A stretch of DNA of 32,000 nucleotides from Candidatus Baldrarchaeota archaeon (GTDB lineage: Archaea > Asgardarchaeota > Baldrarchaeia > Baldrarchaeales > DXJG01): NCBI GenBank assembly GCA_019056805.1, contig DXJG01000009.1, positions 186,015 to 218,014 on the forward strand, in the 5' to 3' direction. This document shows, piece by piece, positions 28,934 to 32,000 of this stretch (positions within the stretch are counted from its first letter, which is position 1; each line of letters begins with the position of its first letter). Made by a program: the position numbers and the translations under genes. A model generated the notes under the pieces. It ran no database searches. It saw nothing but the letters and a program-made list of their open reading frames with translations, and was not told the origin of the DNA.

Positions 28934-30133
28934 GTGTGCGCAGTGATAGATTTAACAAATCGTGTCAAATCAATAGAATATGCCATTAGAGATGTAGTTG
29001 TTTATGCCAAAAAATTAGAAAAAACCGGTAAAAAAATCTTATACCTGAATATCGGGGATCCTTGCAAATACGATTTCGATACTCCTCAACATATAAAAGA
29101 GGCATATTGTGAAGCAATAAAGAAGGGATATAACTGGTACAGCGATTCCAAAGGACTTCCAGAACTAAGAGAAGCAATAGCTGAAAAAGAAAAACGAGTA
29201 AACAATATAGACATCGACCCAGAAAACGTAATCGTCACTTCTGGAATCTCAGAAGCAATAAAAATGGTTATAGCAGCATTAATTGACAACGGAGATGAAA
29301 TACTAGTTCCAGGACCGACATATCCACCCTACATAGCATATACTAAGTTTTTTGGAGGTAAACCCGTAGCTTACAGATGTATCGAGGAAGAAGGTTGGCA
29401 ACCAGATATTGAAGATATTAGAAACAAAATAAGCGAAAAAACAAAAATACTTGTAATAATAAACCCAAATAACCCTACAGGAGCATTATACAACGAGAAA
29501 ACAATTAAAGAAATATTAAATATTGCCGCTGAACATGAACTCGTCGTAGTTTCTGACGAAATCTACGATCAAATAGTTTACGAAAAAAGACATACCAATA
29601 CAGCTAAAATTGCTAATGAAATTCCCGTAGTAGTTTTTAATGGATTTTCGAAAGTATATCTTGCACCAGGATGGCGTTTAGGCTACATGTACTTTTATGA
29701 TCCAGAAGGAAAATTAGAAAATCTTCGTGAAGGTATTGAAAAAGAAGCTAGAATAAGATTAAGCGTAAACACTCCGGCCCAAGTAGCCGCTATAACCGCC
29801 CTTAGGGGGCCACAAGATCACATAAAAGAAATGGTGGAAAAACTAAGAAAAAGGCGAGATTATACCTGGAAAAGGCTTAACGAGATCGATGGTATAACTT
29901 GTGCAAAACCCGAGGGCGCATTTTATGCTTTTCCTAAAATTAATCTAGGAAATAAATGGAAAAACGATAAAGAATTCGTTTTAGGGCTTCTCGAAAATAC
30001 TGGAGTCCTCGTAGTCTTTGGCTCAGGATTCGATCCTACGTATGGTAAAAATCACTTCCGAACAGTCTTTCTACCTCCATTAGAAACCCTTGAAGAAGCA
30101 TTTGACAAACTAGAGAAATACGTGACTTCATAA
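28934..30133 (+). CDS. PLP-dependent class I/II aminotransferase (alanine aminotransferase-like)
   Basis: LNIGDP, GLPELREAIA, INPNNPTGA, SDEIYD, GFSKVYLAPGWRLGY and PEGAFYAF motifs. Confidence 0.92.
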   Translation: MCAVIDLTNRVKSIEYAIRDVVVYAKKLEKTGKKILYLNIGDPCKYDFDTPQHIKEAYCEAIKKGYNWYSDSKGLPELREAIAEKEKRVNNIDIDPENVIVTSGISEAIKMVIAALIDNGDEILVPGPTYPPYIAYTKFFGGKPVAYRCIEEEGWQPDIEDIRNKISEKTKILVIINPNNPTGALYNEKTIKEILNIAAEHELVVVSDEIYDQIVYEKRHTNTAKIANEIPVVVFNGFSKVYLAPGWRLGYMYFYDPEGKLENLREGIEKEARIRLSVNTPAQVAAITALRGPQDHIKEMVEKLRKRRDYTWKRLNEIDGITCAKPEGAFYAFPKINLGNKWKNDKEFVLGLLENTGVLVVFGSGFDPTYGKNHFRTVFLPPLETLEEAFDKLEKYVTS

Positions 30134-30209
30134 AATAACTAGACACATTCTACTTTTTTATATGTACAGAAATTGAAAAATAAGATTTTCAAGATAAAAA
30201 TTAAAGTAA

Positions 30210-31010
30210 TTAATCTTTGAAAATATAAGCATCTTTGAATTTTTTTATAAATTCAACAACTGACATATACTCTTCAACAAACTGCTTGTATCCATTTTCA
30301 GTTTGTTGTCCCTCTAATGGTTGAGCTTGGACTTTTTCCACAATAGACCAACGAGAAACGTTGTCTTGATTAAACGATGTAAATTCTCTTTCATCGACGT
30401 AAAGAACCCTAAGTTTTTCGGGTCTTTCGTATATCTTCTTCTCATATCTTTTCAAAAATGCCTCATAAATCGGCCTCTTAGCTCCACCAAGTAAAAACTT
30501 AGCTTTCATAACACCAGAAGTTAAATGTACTTCAATTTTTTCGAAAAATTTTTCACGATACTCAACAGTTGGTATAGTCCCTCTTCTTCTCACCTCGGTT
30601 AACTTTTTGGGGGCCAAAATCATTCCCCTATCAACTAAAACCCTTTCAATCACAGTAGCTATCTCAGAAGCTGATGATTTGGCAAGAGGATCTATAACTT
30701 CAGGTGTAACAATGTTTACAAGAGGTATAGGTTCAGAAGGTCTGAGTTCTGCGGGATTGAAAACTAAAACACCTATTGCTTCTTCAACTTTGACCGGATG
30801 TCCCTTATAAAGAGCAGTCCCCTTAATAACTCCAGGACCGATGAGACAAGACCTAACAACGTCTTCATGTATCAATGTCCAGAGTTGTTTAGACATTATA
30901 AGTACTTCTCCATTAAATTCAACGCCTTTAACATGGGGGAGAGATAAATCTGGGATATGTGTGTCTAAAAGCCAGTAGAGAACAGTATCAGCAGCTTCGT
31001 ATTGTGTCAA
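30210..31010 (-). CDS. Hypothetical protein
   Basis: 266-aa ORF starting 2 nt after the upstream ORF's stop; no family recognised. Confidence 0.7.
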   Translation of the reverse strand: MTQYEAADTVLYWLLDTHIPDLSLPHVKGVEFNGEVLIMSKQLWTLIHEDVVRSCLIGPGVIKGTALYKGHPVKVEEAIGVLVFNPAELRPSEPIPLVNIVTPEVIDPLAKSSASEIATVIERVLVDRGMILAPKKLTEVRRRGTIPTVEYREKFFEKIEVHLTSGVMKAKFLLGGAKRPIYEAFLKRYEKKIYERPEKLRVLYVDEREFTSFNQDNVSRWSIVEKVQAQPLEGQQTENGYKQFVEEYMSVVEFIKKFKDAYIFKD

Positions 31011-31012
31011 AT

Positions 31013-31978
31013 TTATACCCTCAAATTTGTTCTTACAAATTTGTTCATTAAATGATTAAAGAGATATTTAGATAAAATCTTTACTTTTTCTTCTCCACGT
31101 TGTCTGACAAGTTCCTTTACTTTTTCTTTTATTTCCGAAATTGGAGGCTCTCCAGCGCCAAACCTTGAATACATCTCTGTAATAACATGTACAACTGCAT
31201 CTTCGACTTCCATGCCCTGTTCTATAAGGGTTTTGAGTACTTTTTCAACAGAGTTTAGCAGAAAGTCCGCTTGTTCCTCTCCGTGTCTTCTTCTTGCAAG
31301 TCTGATATCTCTTTCTAGAAAATCGGTTGGTTTAACTAAATCTGGTTCAACTTTTCCTCCTCGTGGAACTGGACCACCAATAAAAACGTACTGTGAAATC
31401 TGAACTTCCCTAGGAACGGGTCGATGTATCGAATTCAAAATTAACTCTAAATAGCTGTCTTTCATTAGATCTGAAACAGGTTTTGATAAATCTTCGATAG
31501 TGGTAGCAATTCTATCCTTAATATTTTCAAAGAGTTTTATTCCTTTAATATCCTTTATTAGGTTATAGATTTTTGTCAGAAATTCCTGGAGCTGTCTTTT
31601 TCTTTCCTCTAACATTTCCATTGCTTTTTCTTTATCTATTCTCTCGAGAGCACATATTAATGCTAGGGCGGCATCCAAATAACTTGAATTTCTATGACTT
31701 TTCAACCACTCATCCATTACGGGTTCAATAACTTCTTCGATAACCTTTTTCCTTTCATTTAGAAAATTAATTATCGAACCTTCAGAAATTGCTTTTTCAT
31801 CCGATATTATACGTTCCCAGTTGGCAAGATTTCTTACAGACTCCTCAGCTTTTTTCCTAAAAGTTTTATATAAATATTCTATCCATTTTCCTTCTTTTAC
31901 TGCAAAATTGAAAAGATAAGATGAAACATCTGGAACTTCAAAATCCAATTTTTTAAGTCGTTCCATTTCATTTACCAA
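31013..31978 (-). CDS. Hypothetical, largely alpha-helical protein
   Basis: 321-aa ORF with typical charged composition; no family recognised. Confidence 0.7.
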   Translation of the reverse strand: MVNEMERLKKLDFEVPDVSSYLFNFAVKEGKWIEYLYKTFRKKAEESVRNLANWERIISDEKAISEGSIINFLNERKKVIEEVIEPVMDEWLKSHRNSSYLDAALALICALERIDKEKAMEMLEERKRQLQEFLTKIYNLIKDIKGIKLFENIKDRIATTIEDLSKPVSDLMKDSYLELILNSIHRPVPREVQISQYVFIGGPVPRGGKVEPDLVKPTDFLERDIRLARRRHGEEQADFLLNSVEKVLKTLIEQGMEVEDAVVHVITEMYSRFGAGEPPISEIKEKVKELVRQRGEEKVKILSKYLFNHLMNKFVRTNLRV

Positions 31979-32000
31979 TATTTTACATACACTTTCGGCA

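Overview
AT-rich archaeal chromosome segment, mostly housekeeping genes (lutB cluster, adk, proS, nnr, rps26e, rsmB, tRNA-Arg(GCG) with a BHB intron, pepQ, tpiA, fbp, cdc6-like, Fap7/AK6, CLC channel, aminotransferase). It also carries eukaryote-signature-type genes (roadblock proteins, MglA-like small GTPase, DENN-like protein, PPP phosphatase, JAMM/MPN protease), which suggests an Asgard-type archaeon; that taxonomy is inference. Main discovery: the class V FBP aldolase/phosphatase gene (21829-23017) appears to be interrupted by two tRNA-type bulge-helix-bulge (BHB) introns. Intron 1 (22542-22571, 30 nt, in frame) splits the codon of the Schiff-base lysine in YVGK|DDP. Intron 2 (22907-22955, 49 nt, strict BHB) causes a frameshift, and removing it restores the conserved C-terminus GPDEMEYTTLPQVLEKLRERFK*. 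The 404-aa ORF in the ORF track is therefore the unspliced reading; the spliced protein would be 369 aa. A second point of interest is a co-oriented minus-strand cluster: Nif3 - HDAC - tandem roadblock - DENN-like - MglA GTPase - 7TM protein. All calls come from reading the sequence by eye; no searches were run.
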